64,000 nt of DNA from Monocercomonoides exilis PA203 (GCA_001643675.2 LSRY02000002.1:1798001-1862000), one strand, 5' to 3'. Positions 25,094 through 39,368 are shown, counted from the first letter of the stretch. Program-made: numbers and translations. Notes: generated by a model from the letters alone, not told the origin.

Positions 25094-25350
25094 GGGTGAT
25101 TATTTTTGAAATCAAATTTTTTCATACATAATTTTCGGTTCAAAAACTTATCTTGAATATTTTCATTTGAACGTTAAAAAGTGAAAAGGCTTATTGAAGA
25201 CATTCTTATCTTTCATTAGGTGAAAATATTTGTTTTTAAAAACAATTATCATGCTTTTTCTCTTTTGGATTAAAAACTTCTTTCAATAAACAAACAATCT
25301 CTGAAAAATAAACACCCCGAAAAAAGATATGATTTCAAAAATAATCACCC
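25094..25350. mobile_element. MITE, GGG..CCC/ATAT family (best-preserved copy, 257 bp)
   Basis: Perfect 21-bp TIR GGGTGATTATTTTTGAAATCA, flanked by ATAT on both sides. Confidence 0.9.
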
Positions 25351-25688
25351 ATATTCATTTTTCATTTTCACCTGAAAATGAAACAAATGGAACAATTCAA
25401 TAAAAATTAACACAAATATCTGTATAACAAAAAAATTTTTCAAGTCGAATATTTCAAACAATAACGTTCGTCTATTAATTCAGCACGAAATACAAAATAT
25501 TCAATCATATGTTAAATACCTTTTTTAAAATGTTTCACTATTATCAGTGTTTTCTGTAATTGTTTGAAAAAAAAAGAAAGATATTCAAAAACAAAACAAA
25601 GTTATTTTCAAGTCAATCATCAAAAAAAAATTTTTTTTTTACCCGAAAATATTTTTTCTTTTCTGAGAAACTAGAAAGAAAAAGATTC

Positions 25689-26066
25689 TTAGAATATCTC
25701 CCGAATTTGAAAATGTTTTTTTTTAATATACAATGGAGCAAGTTGTTTCATATTTGCATTTCTTATCAGTTTGTATTCATTGAGGTGATCATTGGGTTCA
25801 TTGTCGAAAAACAATGTCCAAGGTTCGTTGAGATATTTCCATCGTCCACAGTCACTGAAAGCGTCCATCCTTGTTTGCACTAACGATATCAGACAAAAAA
25901 AGGAAAAATATATTTTTTTATATACTGATATCGCATTAAACACCGGAGATCGCACAAAATACTGGACAAGATGGACTTCACAATAACTGTAAAAGGAATA
26001 ATTCTGACAATTTTCCTCAATATATATCTCATCAATACAAACATATTTGATATACAAAACTTTCAA
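25689..26066 (-). pseudogene. Possible DDE transposase remnant
   Basis: WTLFFDNEPNDH...NMKQLAPLYI loosely resembles the pogo/Tc5 DN..H...LQPLD region; weak match. Confidence 0.25.
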
Positions 26067-27627
26067 AAAAGCCTCATTTGTGCTCAGAGAAAATTATTTT
26101 TGAAATCTCGGAGAAATAAAATATTGAGTTTCTCCGAGATTTAAATATCAGTTTTTTTCGGACATATATGAAGCTATTTTGAAGGTTTAGTATATCAAAT
26201 GAGTTTGTATTAATGAGATATATTTTGAGGAAAATTCACTAAATTTTTCTTCTTGCGGTTATTGTGAAATCGATCTTGTCCGGTATTTTGTGCGATGTCC
26301 GATATTTTTTGCGATATCTGCATGTGTTCATTTCAATAAATCAAAAGAATAATATAAAAATTCATATTATACCAAAAATCAAAAAAATAAAAATAAAAAA
26401 TCAGCAAAAGGGAATAATACTGGAACATTTAAAAATCGATATTATTAATTTATTTCATTATGTAATAAATTTCTTTGTTTTTTTTAATTATTATTTTTGT
26501 GCGGAAACATTTTTAAAGAATATTTAAAGAATATTTTGGATCAAAAAATTTCACATTTTTTAATAAATATTTTCTTTTTATTTTTGACAAAAACATGTCA
26601 TATCTCAAAATAAAAGTCAATTAAATGATGATTCTTGCATTTAATGAAGAAGAAATTGCTTGAAATTTGTTATTCACTTCACTGAGAAATGAAATAAAAA
26701 AATTGAACACTGAAAAAAAATTTTTTGTTATGTGTCCTTTATTATTTGGTTGGTCTAAAATAGTTTTTTTATTCCATAAAAATAAACATCATTGATTATA
26801 GGATATTGTCATTAATCTTCTATTTAAGTGTTTAGGTTGAACGTATTTGTTTCTTATTGGAATCAATTTTTTTGTGTTAGGGTTGTCAAAAAAAAAGTTA
26901 TTTTTTTAGGTGAAGAAGTTCATTAGAAATCAAGATAACGAAGCTGAAAAAAATATTCAGTTTTCTTTTTTCTTGCAACCTTCTTTTGGGAGATAATAAT
27001 TACAAAAAAATAAATGTCAACTTTTAATAATCTTGCATATGAAGTATTTCTCATCCCAGAAATAAAACATTTTTGATTATTTAATATGAAAATTTTGACT
27101 TTAACTCAGAATAATTTCCGTACTTTTATATTTTGCACAAATATATTTTATACTGTGATAATCACTTTTATCATAAAATAAAGCAAATTCTGATGTGTCG
27201 GGAAAGTATCCATTTTCAAAAAATTCAACATATCTGCAAAAATATAAGTGATTATTTTTGAAATCATAATATTTTTCTTTGCTTTGATTTTTCCTTGGTA
27301 TAATTTCTTTGATGAGGAAACTTTCATACAAAAGGAAAAAACAAGATAATTGTTTCAAGAGACAATGATTGAGATAATAATCATGAAAGTTTAATCTTTG
27401 AATATTGCAACAAGTTTTTCCTGTTCATTCCTCAATATTCAATGTTTCAAACTCATAAAAATTTTTTGATAAAGAAAATATCGATACAAAAATAATCTCC
27501 CACATGAACAAATAAATACTACGAAATCAACAAAAACGAATAAACAAAATTTTCAACAATTATCAACTTAAAGTTCTTTTTTAATATTAAATTTAAATGT
27601 TACATAAAAAATCTTCTTTCTAAGCAA

Positions 27628-27700
27628 GACTCCTTGGCGCAATTGGTAGCGCGTGAGACTCCAGATCTCAAGGTTGGGGGTTCAATTCCCTCAGGGGTCA
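27628..27700 (+). tRNA. tRNA-Trp (anticodon CCA)
   Basis: GACTCCTTGGCGCAATTGGTAGCGCGTGAGACTCCAGATCTCAAGGTTGGGGGTTCAATTCCCTCAGGGGTCA; anticodon arm TGAGA-CTCCAGA-TCTCA; poly-T terminator follows. Confidence 0.95.
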
Positions 27701-27884
27701 AGTTCTTTTTTTCTGTTGCATATTTTTTCATATGAAAATTATTTTTCCTTTATTTTTTGGAAATTTAAACTTACATAAAATTATTAAATGTTACAGAATA
27801 ATTGCATTTGAACGTTGGGCAAAAGTTATGAGTCGTTTTTTTTATTATTATTATTATTTTTTTTTTTAAGAATATGGGCTTTGA

Positions 27885-29948
27885 ATGAAATTTGAGAATT
27901 TTTCATTGATGGAAGAATTGGCAAATGAGTTGAATTTAAAAAAATCATCTAGTGGAAATGAAATTGTCTCAGAGCTTGAAAGGCTAAGTTTGACATTTTA
28001 TTGAGTTTCTTAACTGGAAAATTAATTTTTATGTTAATTTTCAGAAGCTGAAGCAATGCTTAAAAATGATGTTTGCATCGAACCTTTAACAGGCGATGAT
28101 ATATCTATACTTTCACAATGTTCTAATTCAACCAAAGAGGGTTGGAGAACACATGGACTTGAATTGATTAGTAGAGGTGAAGTTGCTGTTGTTGTCCTTG
28201 CTGGAGGGCTTGGCACACGACTTGGATTTGATCACCCAAAAGGATGCTATGGTTTAACATCATTATTTTCAATATTCCTGAATTTTTAACCGTATTTTTT
28301 AAATAAATGTTGAGATATTGGTCTTCCATCTCATAGTTCTCTTTTCCAATACATGTGCGAGAAATTACTTCACCTTGAAGAAACAGCGAATTCTCGTTTT
28401 TCAATTAATAGCGCAACTATTAATTTGTATGTAATGACAAATAAGTCGAATGCTGCACCCACAAAGTCATTTTTTGAGGAACACAAATTTTTTGGACTTA
28501 AATCAAGCCAAATATTTTTTTTCTGCCAAGAAAATATCCCTGTTATTGATTATGAAGGAAATGTGATACAGGAAGAAGGGGGCCATGGCGATGTTATTCG
28601 TACACCAAATGGAAATGGTGGAGTATTCAAAGGTCTTGCAGAAAGTGGAGCATTAGATGATATGGACACAAAGCACATTCAATGGATTCACTTTGTTGGA
28701 ATAGACAACATTATGATCCGTTGTGCAGACCCTGTTTTTATTGGATTATGTGATGAAAAGAAAGTTGATTTAGGAAACAAAGTTGTTAGAAAAGTTTGTT
28801 TTATCTTATTTGGAATACTCAAAATTTGCTTTCAATTTTTATTTAAATGATAAAAAATTTTTTAGATGAATCCAACAGAAAGCGTAGGAATATTTTGTTG
28901 GAAAACTCCAAAAGAAGAAGCATCCAGCTCTTCGACTCCTTCAGAGCAATCGTCATCGCCTTCACCAAAAGAAGAACAAAAGCCAAAGCGTCGTTATTGT
29001 CTTACTGAGTACATAGAAATGACAGACGAAGAAGTTTAATTTATAATAATATCATCTTTAACAAAAATTTCATTTTATTTTACTTTATTAAATTTTTTTT
29101 TTACAGAAGCACAGAGTTGATTCAGCAACAGGACGTCTCTCATTTTCTGCAGCCAACATTTTGTCCCATTTGTTCTCCATTCATTTCCTCCACAAGTGCT
29201 GTGAGCAGAGAAATCAACTTAAGTTTGCTCCATCTTGTTATATTAAATTTTTCTAATAATTTTTGTTTTTTTAAAAAAACCTTTTTAATATCTTGTCATA
29301 TCCCACAAATTTGGAATAAAATTGACAAACCTGCTTTTTTACAATTTGATCTGAAAATAAAAACATTTTTTCCCTTTCATAAATGAAATTTAGGTATCAT
29401 GTTACAAAGAAGGAAAAAGGTTATGTTTGCGAAGGAGTTTCCGTCCCTGGAAAAACATACAAAATGGAAAAATTCATTCCAGATTCATTTGCATTGGCGG
29501 ATAAAGTGGCAACCGTTGAGGTTTTATTCGAATAATTAAATGCATTAATATTTATTAGTAATATTTTGTGATTATTTTCCATGTTTCAAATCTTATTCCA
29601 TCGTTTCAGGTCTTAAGAGAAGAAGAATTCTGCCCTGTCAAAAATTCAACTGGATCTGATTCACCTGCTGTTGCAAGGGCAATGCTTCAAAATTTGTGGA
29701 ATAAATGGATAATTGCTGCTGGTGGAAAAATTGAATTTCCAGAAGAAAGCAAAGAAAAACAAGAAGAATGTTTGTCTTAACTCATATAAAAAGAATTGCT
29801 TTTTTATGAATTCTTTTTTCTTATTAAATTATTTGCTTCAGCGATTTGTCTTGTAGAAATCCCTCCACAAGTTTCTTACGATGGTTCAGAGCTTGAAGAA
29901 TATGTTAAAGGCAAAGTATTTCATCATGGCGATATCATTAGCAAATAA
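27885..29948 (+). CDS. UAP1: UDP-N-acetylglucosamine pyrophosphorylase, multi-exon (about 7 introns); start uncertain
   Basis: VVLAGGLGTRLGFDHPKG, PNGNGG, GIDNI, KMEKFIPDSF, REEEFCPVKN and EIPPQVSYDGSEL motifs in order across GT-AG introns. Confidence 0.9.
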
Positions 29949-30087
29949 TTGCATTAAAAATAATGTGAAATTTATTCATTTTTATCATATCAAGATCAAT
30001 ACAATCCATAACTCTATTCAATAATCATTATTTACTGTTTTTCTCCTTATTTAGAGGATAAATTGAGAAATGCATTCATAAGCATTA

Positions 30088-33000
30088 ATGGAAAATCGCC
30101 AATGTACAAAAAAATTGTGGAAATATACCTTTTCTAGCGAATTCGATGGAGGAAATGCATATGATTTTAAACAAATAGGATCTTCCAATAATTTTGAAAT
30201 ATACCCAGCTGCAGATGCGCAAGGTGTGATGACGAACTTTCCCTAATAAATTTGAATTTATCTTCAATTTCTGTATTTTTATAATCAAATTATCCATTTA
30301 TTCATTTTTCTTCAAAAGGAACCCCTGCATGCACTGGATATCGACTTTGGTGGTGGTTTTCCGTTAGAGGATTTCAGGCGTTAGATGAGAAAATTACGCT
30401 AATTGTTAAAAATGTGTCTGCACAAGGAAAAATGTTTCAAACTGGAATGAAACCTCTTTTCAGAATAGGTCATTTTGGACCGTGGGAGCGAATCCCTGCA
30501 AATGTTGCAGTTGTATCTGCAGATAATGGAACTTCAATTCATTTTACGTTTTCTTCCTCAACAATCTGTTCAACACTGAACAAACAATTAAGATGGAGCG
30601 ATACTCTTCAAATGTTTCCCTCATCTTTTGCTAACATCCTTCAGGCGAGCAATTCGCTGAGACCCTTTTCTTCATTTTCTATCCTTCATTTTCTACCATA
30701 TCCTGCACAACTTTTACCTCAAACAATTCAAACAAATGGATCAAAACAAAAAGCTTCAGAATCAAATGCTGAAACGCAAACGAAAGAACATCCATTTTTA
30801 TGTGCTGCTCTCCCTTGGCTTGAAAATGTTCCTGACGATCAGCAAGGAATTTTAGTTGAAGAATGCATCAGCGAATGGTGGAGGCGAACACATACCACTC
30901 TTTTCCCTCTGCCAGTCCATCAATTAATGTCATTTTATTCAGCATCTGCTCTCAATAAGCTTGGCTTATCGTCACTATCTGCAGACGAAAAGAAACTACA
31001 CAGGCAGTTATGTCGTTGTCTTTTGGAGGATGAACGAGCATTGTGGGTTGCATGGACAGCTTTGTGGGGAATGAATCATCCAATGGTCATTGCACAACAA
31101 ACTTCAAATACACACTCATCGTCATCCTCATCATCTTCATCCTCCTCTTCATCTTCCTCCTCAGGAAGCACGAACAGTGCTCCTTCTTCATCGTCTTCGC
31201 TTCACCGTCCAGCGTCTTCTCATTCAGTTCGTATCACACCACCTTCAACTACAGCAACTTTTGTGTCAGCTGTCAACAATGCAACAGCAAATCCGCCAAT
31301 TCTCTCACTGCCAATTCCTCCTCTTCCAGAATCTGTTCTCCCCTCGTCTCTTTCTTCATCATCGTCTTCTCAGTTTCTGCTGCCTCCAAATTACACCATC
31401 GTCGTGCCACCAGCTTCTATCCGTCTCGCAAACATAGTTCCTCTTCACATTAACACCCTGTTTGCAAACACAGACGAGCCAATGCCGCCTTTCCTTCAAA
31501 GAATACTGACTTCTCCTGTGAAGCCACCTCCACAGCCATCACAATCGTCTTCGAAAGAACCTTCCACACAATCGGCTTCTGCATCATATGAAAACAGCAG
31601 CGCAAGCACAAAAGTGAAAACTCCACCAAGTTTGACTCAAGAAACATCACCTTTGAGAACAATCCAGTCGTCTTCATCGTTACCTGCATTGTCGAAACAC
31701 ACAAGTTCCACGTCTTCACTTTCTGTTCTGTCTCCAACTGCTGATCTTCCTCCACAGCTCGCACAGCCATTTGGATTCAGTCGCGGACATCCTCTGTCAT
31801 TCAACTCAAAGCACCAGAAAGTGATTGACTCGTCTTTGCCAGCTCGCCCTGCCCCGATGCTGCAGCAGATCTCTTCAGGCACATCGCTCTTCCAGGCAAT
31901 TGCATCTTCCACATCGCCATTCAAAGAACAGCAAGCAGTTTCTTCTCCGTTTAATTCAAGTGCTTCTGTCAATTCTCTAACAAACGGAATTAAACACGTG
32001 AGCATGAGCCAGCAACATTCCAGAAAATCTCCGTCTGTCAAACAATGCCGCACAGTGAAACTTGAAGACATCGATATCTACTTTGCCTTTTCATTCCCTT
32101 ATTCATATGCAGACCTGCAAAGAGACTTGGCGACGCTGGACGAAGTGTTTGCGAAGGATGATGAGGAAACAGAAGATCAACGCGAGAAAACCACAGCAAG
32201 TGAAGAAGATTACGAAAATGAAGGAGAAGACGAGGAAGAGTTTCTTGAAGAAGAAGAAATTGACGAAGAAGAGGAGGAAATGGAGATTCTGCGCAGAACA
32301 GGAACGAAGAAGGAGTACCACTCAGGAAACGACGACGAGGAATGCAGCAGCGGAGCAGAAGAAGCAGCCGACGAAGAAGACAGCCAGCTTCGAAGAGGAA
32401 ACGGCAGCGATTCAGAAACAGACGATTCTGATGAACAGTCCAATCAAGACGAAGGATACAGCATCAAAGCAAATAAAGACGAGCAGAAGCGAAAAGGCAG
32501 AAGCTACTCTGCTGAACAAAAGGATATCAGAAACATGAAAAAGCGCAGAGCCTTTTCACAGCCACCAACAGCTGACCAGCTAAGCGGGCTTTCTTCGACT
32601 CGTCGTGCTTATGGATCGCGACTGACTGAGCAGAAGATGCACAGAAGTCATTCTTTCAGCAAACACACAGCACACAATAGCAGCACAGCATCTCGAAAGA
32701 GCTATCATTCGTTTTACTATCATAGAGAGCTTTTGACTCGGTCAGTGGAAGGAAGACGAGTAGATCTACTGACAATCAGCGGATTTAATGGCATTTCACA
32801 CAAAAGAGAAGAGAATCTCAACTTGACATCTTATTCATCATCCGCTTCAAGCTCGTCTTTGTCTTACTCTTCTTCAACTTTACTTTCCTCTTCTTATTCC
32901 ACTTTATCTTTATCCACATCGCAATTAATACGTAAACCCCCCATGTCTCGTTCGCAACTCGCTCCTCTCCGTGCGTATCTGTTCCCTTCCAAGCCTGTCT

Positions 33001-36000
33001 TTTTTGTGTCTGCACGTGTCCATCCAGCAGAGACACCTTCCTCTTTTGTGCTGCTCGGCTTCCTGCGCTTCATCCTCAGCACAACCGATCCGCGTGCTGT
33101 GGCATTCAGAAAGGCGTTTGTGATCAAAATTGTTCCGATGATCAATCCCGATGGAGTGTGTGGGGGATACTCCCGCACAGACACGTTGGGGCAGAATCTG
33201 AACAGACACTACAGTGGCGAAGGTGAAGAGCACATTCGCAACTGCCCGACGATTCACGGCATCTGCCAGGTGGTGCATCAGATCCACCCAAACGGAAGAG
33301 GCGTGCCTGTACACGAAATGCGACCGAAGGACAACACGGGCAATGAATCCACTCAGCCTTCCACATCTTCAGGTTCGAGCAGTTCTTCTCCTGTGCTTCT
33401 TCCAGCGAGACACATCGCGTTTTATGTTGATCTGCATGCACATGCAGCCAAAAAGGGCTGCTTCGTGTATGGAATTCGACATGCCCAGAATGAAAAACGA
33501 CAATCAGCAGCAATCCTGTTCTCGCTGCTTCTCTCTCAAAACTCGTGTTTCTATGACCACAGCGGAGCCTCCTTCTCTGAGAAGATGATGGATGTGGTGG
33601 ACAAGCGGGGGGAGTCGCGGCAGGGCTGCGGCAGAGTGGGCATCCACAACATGACTGGAATGACACACTCATACACACTCGAATGCAACTACCAGTCGTG
33701 CTCTGTGCTGAATGCGATCTCTGGTCTGAAGCGCAGTCAGGTCAGCTGGGAAGGCGTCATCCAGGAAGCAGAAAACAGGCGCCTGGCAATTGAGTGGCTG
33801 AGGAACCAGGAAGAAGCTAAAGAAGCACTGAAAAAGAAGACGAAAGGAATGTGTGGCGAAGAGGAGATGCAGACACAGCAAGCTCTTTCGTTCCATTCAG
33901 GTGGAATTCCTGGTTTTTACGAAGAAGACGGCTGGAAGCCTTTGGCAAAGTCTGCGAAGGGGTTTTCTAGCCAATCACAAAATTCCTCTTCGAAGTCGTC
34001 TTTGGCAGTTGCATCAGAGACGCAGGTGCCAATTCCACCTCCTCTTCCACTTCTTCCTTTTCGAACTGCAAAAGGTGCGAACGACTATCGAATCACACCA
34101 CGAGAGCTGTCTTCGGTTGGAGCTGCGCTTGCAACATCTGCGCTGGATCTGCTTTCTGCAAACTGCTGGTCACGTGTTGAGCATAGCAAATTTGGGTCAC
34201 TTAGTACCATGAGAAGCTGGGCAACGCAGCAGGCTCGGGCACTTGGAGCGGAGGGAGAAGTAGAGAAAGAGAAAGAGAAAGAGAAAGAAAAGGAGAAAGA
34301 GAAGGAAAGCGAGAAGAAAGTTATAAAAGCTGAAAAAGAAGTTGCACAAACTGTGAAGAAAATTGAATCAGAAAAGCATACTTCTGAAAAAGAGACAAAA
34401 GACAAAAATGAAAAACCTAAGTCAGCTGCACAAAAAATGTCGAACGGAGAACAGCATCTGCCTGGAAAGAGTGGAAGTTCCACAACTTCAACAGAAGCAA
34501 AAGCAAAAGAAACAGAAAAACCACGCACAACTATTCATGTTGATTCAAAAGCTGATGAACAAAAAGCAACAACTGATAATGTAGAACAGGCGACTCAGGC
34601 AACTTCTGCAAAGAAAAAGAAGAAAACAACAAAGACAGCTGTTGAATCAAATCAAAACGAACAAACTGTAAATGATGTGCCTTCACAAACACCGTCATCT
34701 TCTGAAGAAGCGAAAGAGGGACAGACACAGGAGCCAGTGCCAAAAGCGAAGGCAAAGCCGAAAAAGACAAAGACGATCAAAATAGACAAAAGCCAAGAAG
34801 ATACCGAGCAAACAACAAAGTTAAAGAAAACACCTTCTTCAGACAAAGTGACTCATTCTGCAAAATCGACAGATGCAACCGATGTTGCTCAAATGGAACC
34901 AAAGGAGAAAGAACAAGCCAAAAACACTTCAACTCAAAAAGCAAAGAAATCAGATGGCATCTCAGATTCATCACAACATCCTTCTCTTTCTGACAAGCAT
35001 GCCGCAGTTTCTGCATCAAATACTGATTCAACGGGAAATGCCATTCCAAAGGACGATTCAGCAAACAAGACGGTTTCTCCTTCTGAGAATAATGATTCAA
35101 GTGACTCGAAGACAGAAAACATTTCTAATCTTTCGACTGATCAGTTAAAGGCAGAAAGCGATCATTCTCCGCAAATGAAAGAAACTTCATCTCAATCTGA
35201 AAGCAGTTTACAGACAAAAACAGAAACATCAAGCATTGATATTGCTTCTCCTTCAGACAGCCAAGCAACATCAAACAAAACGCAAAGTGAACCGCAGCTG
35301 TCAATCACAAAACCTGAGCCTATTATGAAAGACGGTTCTGTCAGCGATGAGAAAAAAGAAAGCGCAAATTGCACTCCATCTCAAAGCCACATCACACCTT
35401 CATCTATCATTCCATCGCCAGCTTCTCCTTTTCCTTACAACTTCTTTCCCGATTCACCTTCATTTTCGCTTTCACCTCAGATTTCTCCATCCATTTCATC
35501 TCCATCTCCATCTCCATCTTTATCACATCATTCAACCGGATCAGAGAACAACTTGCAAACACAAACACAAACGCAAACTCGTTCTGCTTCTTTACCTCTC
35601 ACTTCATCTGAAAATGGAACCGTCAATGAACAATCAACAGAATCAAAGCCAACTCTTCCTGCAGAGAACGAGAAAGAACTTTTGCCTCAAACGAGTGAAA
35701 GCAAGTTATCCTCTCCACCTTCATGTTCAATACCCGCACAAATACCTGATAATCCTGAATCGTTAGACACTTTGCCTGATCAGATTAAACAGACACCAAA
35801 TGATTTGGCTCAAATTGAAAGTTCCTCTCAACTTCAGTCATCGTCAAAGGATGCTTCTTCCACAAAAGAAGAAGAAACAACAAACACTCAGAATTCACAC
35901 ACACAGCATTTAGATCAAAAGGAGACAAATAACACAGACACAAATGCAGACAAGACTCAACTAATTTCAAATGATGGAAAAGGAGATAATACACAAAACA

Positions 36001-39000
36001 AAGAGGAAGCGTCAACAGTCAATAAAAACGAGCAAAAGATAAACAACAAAAAAGAAGACTCAGAAAGCAATGGAGCACCATCTTCTCCTTCAAAGCAGAA
36101 GAAGCCGAAGCAGGCAAACTGGTCTTCTTCCTCGTTGGACACCAGCCGCTCCATCCACTTCCATCAGCGCTCTGCCGATTCTCTTTGGAAATCCAGTGCC
36201 TCGCAACAGCATTCCCCATCGATCTCACACAACTCTCTGAAGAACTCGTCATCTGCCTCCTCCTCTTCTGATTCTTCACAGCCGCTGGTTGCTTCTGCAT
36301 TGATGCTGCTTGGCACCTCGCGGAATCAGCTGTCGTCTGCATCGACGTCCATTCTTGCACTGAGAAACAACACATCCTCAACGGCTGTTGGCGGACCTGC
36401 ACTTAAAGTCAAACTCAAAACACACTCAAAGTCATCAACTTCTTTCTCATTCTCTTCCTCAGGTAACTCATTATCCTCTTCTTTTAAGCCGAAGACGGCA
36501 AAGGCAGATAATAACACAACAGAGGAATTAAAGCACGAGAAGCAATCTGCTATCCAAACAACTGAATCAACTAATTCTCTGTTGACTGAGCAGAGTCAGC
36601 TTTCAGAGACAAAAGATGCAACTTGTTCGAGAACAGATTCATCTGACATTCTGAATGAATCAGAGGTCGAAGCATCAAGAGCTTTCAACTCTTATAATAA
36701 AGATGATTCAGCACAGAATTCTGAATCTCTGATGAATCGCTCACAGATAGACGCTGCTAAGTCAGAACAAGCATCGCTTCTTCTCACGCCACCTGCTTCA
36801 AGCTTATCCACTTTTCATCCAGCAAGCCAGGCAAACGCTGCTACTCCACACAGCATCCAACCATTTGTCAAAAAGCGAAATTTGGACCGATCACCCGAAT
36901 CGTCCAAAGGCCTCCCTCCAGCACAGAAGTTCTCTCCGCCTGCAACAAGAACTGCATTTGCTCCGCCTGCCCCGTCTTATTCGTCAAAAATGTCGGACGC
37001 TCTGAACAAGCAACCCCACAAAAAGACACGCTCACAGCCGCCGCTTCGCATTTCTCTCGAAGTGAGGCGTTCTCCTTCTGATTCGCCCACAAGAAAGGAC
37101 TTTTTGAAGAACATGTCAATGCCACCTTCTGGAGACGGTGAATGTGTTGATCGGAATCAAGGGAACGAAGATGAAGAAGCAGATTCTGGTGTTCATTCAA
37201 CATCTGTGGGAAAGGTTATTTCTGATTCAAATGCAAACAACGATCATCAAGATGACAACTCTTCGAACAGCGAACAAGATTCATCAGAACCAGATCTTAC
37301 ATCTTTCACCTCGTCTGTGCATTCTTCTCAGCCACAAACTGGAACATCAGGCCAAACACTCTCAAATGACACAACAGATTCCAATGAAAAAAACTCATCT
37401 TATTCGCATCTTCTGCCATTCAAACAGCGCCGGCCAGCAAATCCAGCCCCGCCTGCGAACTATCAACGATTTCCTTTGCGTTCCTCAGACATGCTCAGCT
37501 CTTCTTCTCGATCTGTTTCTTCAGATATTCAGACATATGCACAGAATAGTGGATCACAGGGCTCATTGACCATTGCATCTCCAGCAAGTTTAAAAGGAAA
37601 GATCAATTTTCACTCAGAAGTTGCCTCACAGCCAAGTGATTACTCACCTTCACCTGAGTCCACTCCTGTTCAGAGCGAAGATTCAACCTGTTCTTCTGAT
37701 TCGTCACAGCCTGAGCAGAAACATGCTCTTTTATCTTCCCATCAGAACGATGCGACATCACCAAAATCCACTCCACGACAGAGCTCTCAGCCTCCAACGA
37801 CGCCTGAACAGTCATCTTCTGTTTCTCCTGCTCCGTCTTTGTCGCCTCAAATCACACTCATTAAATCTTCTACTTCCTTTGGCAACTCCAACACGCATTC
37901 AAGTGAGCAGAAACATTCATATGAGAAGCGAAAAGCGTCTTTGAGAAAAGAAAACGATCTTGTTGAGAAAGCTAAACTGCGCGAGAAACAGAGAGAGAAA
38001 GAGCAGGCCAGGCTGAGCAAGCAGCAGAACAAACAGAAAATGGGGAAAAGCAAACAGTCCGACCAGCTGCAGCAGATGTGGAAGGCGTCTGCCGGCGAAA
38101 TGATGGACATGTCGCAGCTGCTGGAGTGGACACGGCGCAGAGACCAGCTCAAAATGAAGATCCCATTGGAGTCATCAGCAAGCAATGTATCTTCTCCACA
38201 GGCACCACTGTCCCGTCTGCCAGGCTCACAGGGTGCAGAGCAGCTCCACCAACAGATAGGAGTGAAGGAGAAGAAGAAAGCACAAAGGCTGAAGAGATTG
38301 ACGAATGCGTCATCGAGCAGCGAAACAACAGAAAGAGATGTGACAACAACCGAGCTGAATTCATTTGGCACTGCGATTGCTCCATTCCACGAGACAGGAT
38401 ACACACCGTCGCCTCAGCCACCATCAGTGCTGCTGTCTTCTCAGCCACACCATTCTCCTCCTTTGCTCTATCAGCACTCCAATTCATCGCTCGTTTCATC
38501 GGCCTCATCAAAAGCAGAAGACAATTCTCAACTTCCTCAGCTTCCTCAACTTCCTCAAGTTCCTCCACGAAAGCACTCACCCATCTATTCCCCTTCCTTT
38601 GTGCCTCCTCCTCCTCCTCCGCATCAGACTACGCGCTCTTCGTCTTCCTCCAATCTCTCCCCCGACCACCGCGCAATCCGCCTCTTTCTGCCGCATTCCT
38701 CTCCAACAGACAGCGAGCAGATCATCCACCCTCTTTCTGCCATTTCATCCGCCTCAACTGAACCTGCTGCTTCTTCTCCACAGGCAATTCCACACACACA
38801 ACAGAATGTTCCCAGTGCTCTATCGGCTTCTGAAGGAACGCATAACACAGAGGCAGTGGCTGTTTCTTCTCTTTCGTCGTCTCCCATCAAATCTTCACCT
38901 GCCTCACTTCTTTTTTCGGTTGACTCAGCAACTTTGTTCAAAGAGAAAAAGAAACCAGGCGCAAAGCAGAAAAACAATCGATTGCAAAAAGAAAAAGAAC

Positions 39001-39368
39001 AAGAGATTATGCATGACACGTCTGCTGGCCGGAAAAGGCCGATTCCTCCTTCGCACAGACAGAGCTTGATGCAAAAAAGAGTTTCGTTTGAATCCAATCA
39101 ACCACATCACAATTCGCATCATGAGGCCACATCATCTGAATCTTCCATTTCATCCACCCTTTCAACTACCTTAGAAAACACTTCAGGCTCCTCACGGTCA
39201 GGTGCATCAAACGATGCATCACAAAATCTTTCCTCTTCCCCGCAAACTTCTTCTACTTCTGTTCACCCTTCAAATAGCTATTCAAGCACGCCAAGGGATA
39301 GCATTGATTCGACTGCTGCAAAAATGGAAATGTTGTCCTTGTTAGGAGAAAGACAAAGAAAAAATTAA
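30088..39368 (+). CDS. AGBL5: Cytosolic carboxypeptidase (M14D tubulin deglutamylase), CCP5/AGBL5-like, about 3060 aa; intron 30224-30318
   Basis: FSSEFDGGN, WWWFSVRG, YFAFSFPYSY, ARVHPAETPSS (Zn ligands), NPDG, GQNLNR, YVDLHAHA, SYTLECNY. Confidence 0.85.

Noticed and set aside
27628-27700. tRNA-Trp as a UGA-reading variant with a 4-bp anticodon stem, or an alternative genetic code
   Set aside because: The stem is a full 5 bp (TGAGA/TCTCA). Genes end in TAA, TAG or TGA, and the long ORFs have no in-frame stops.
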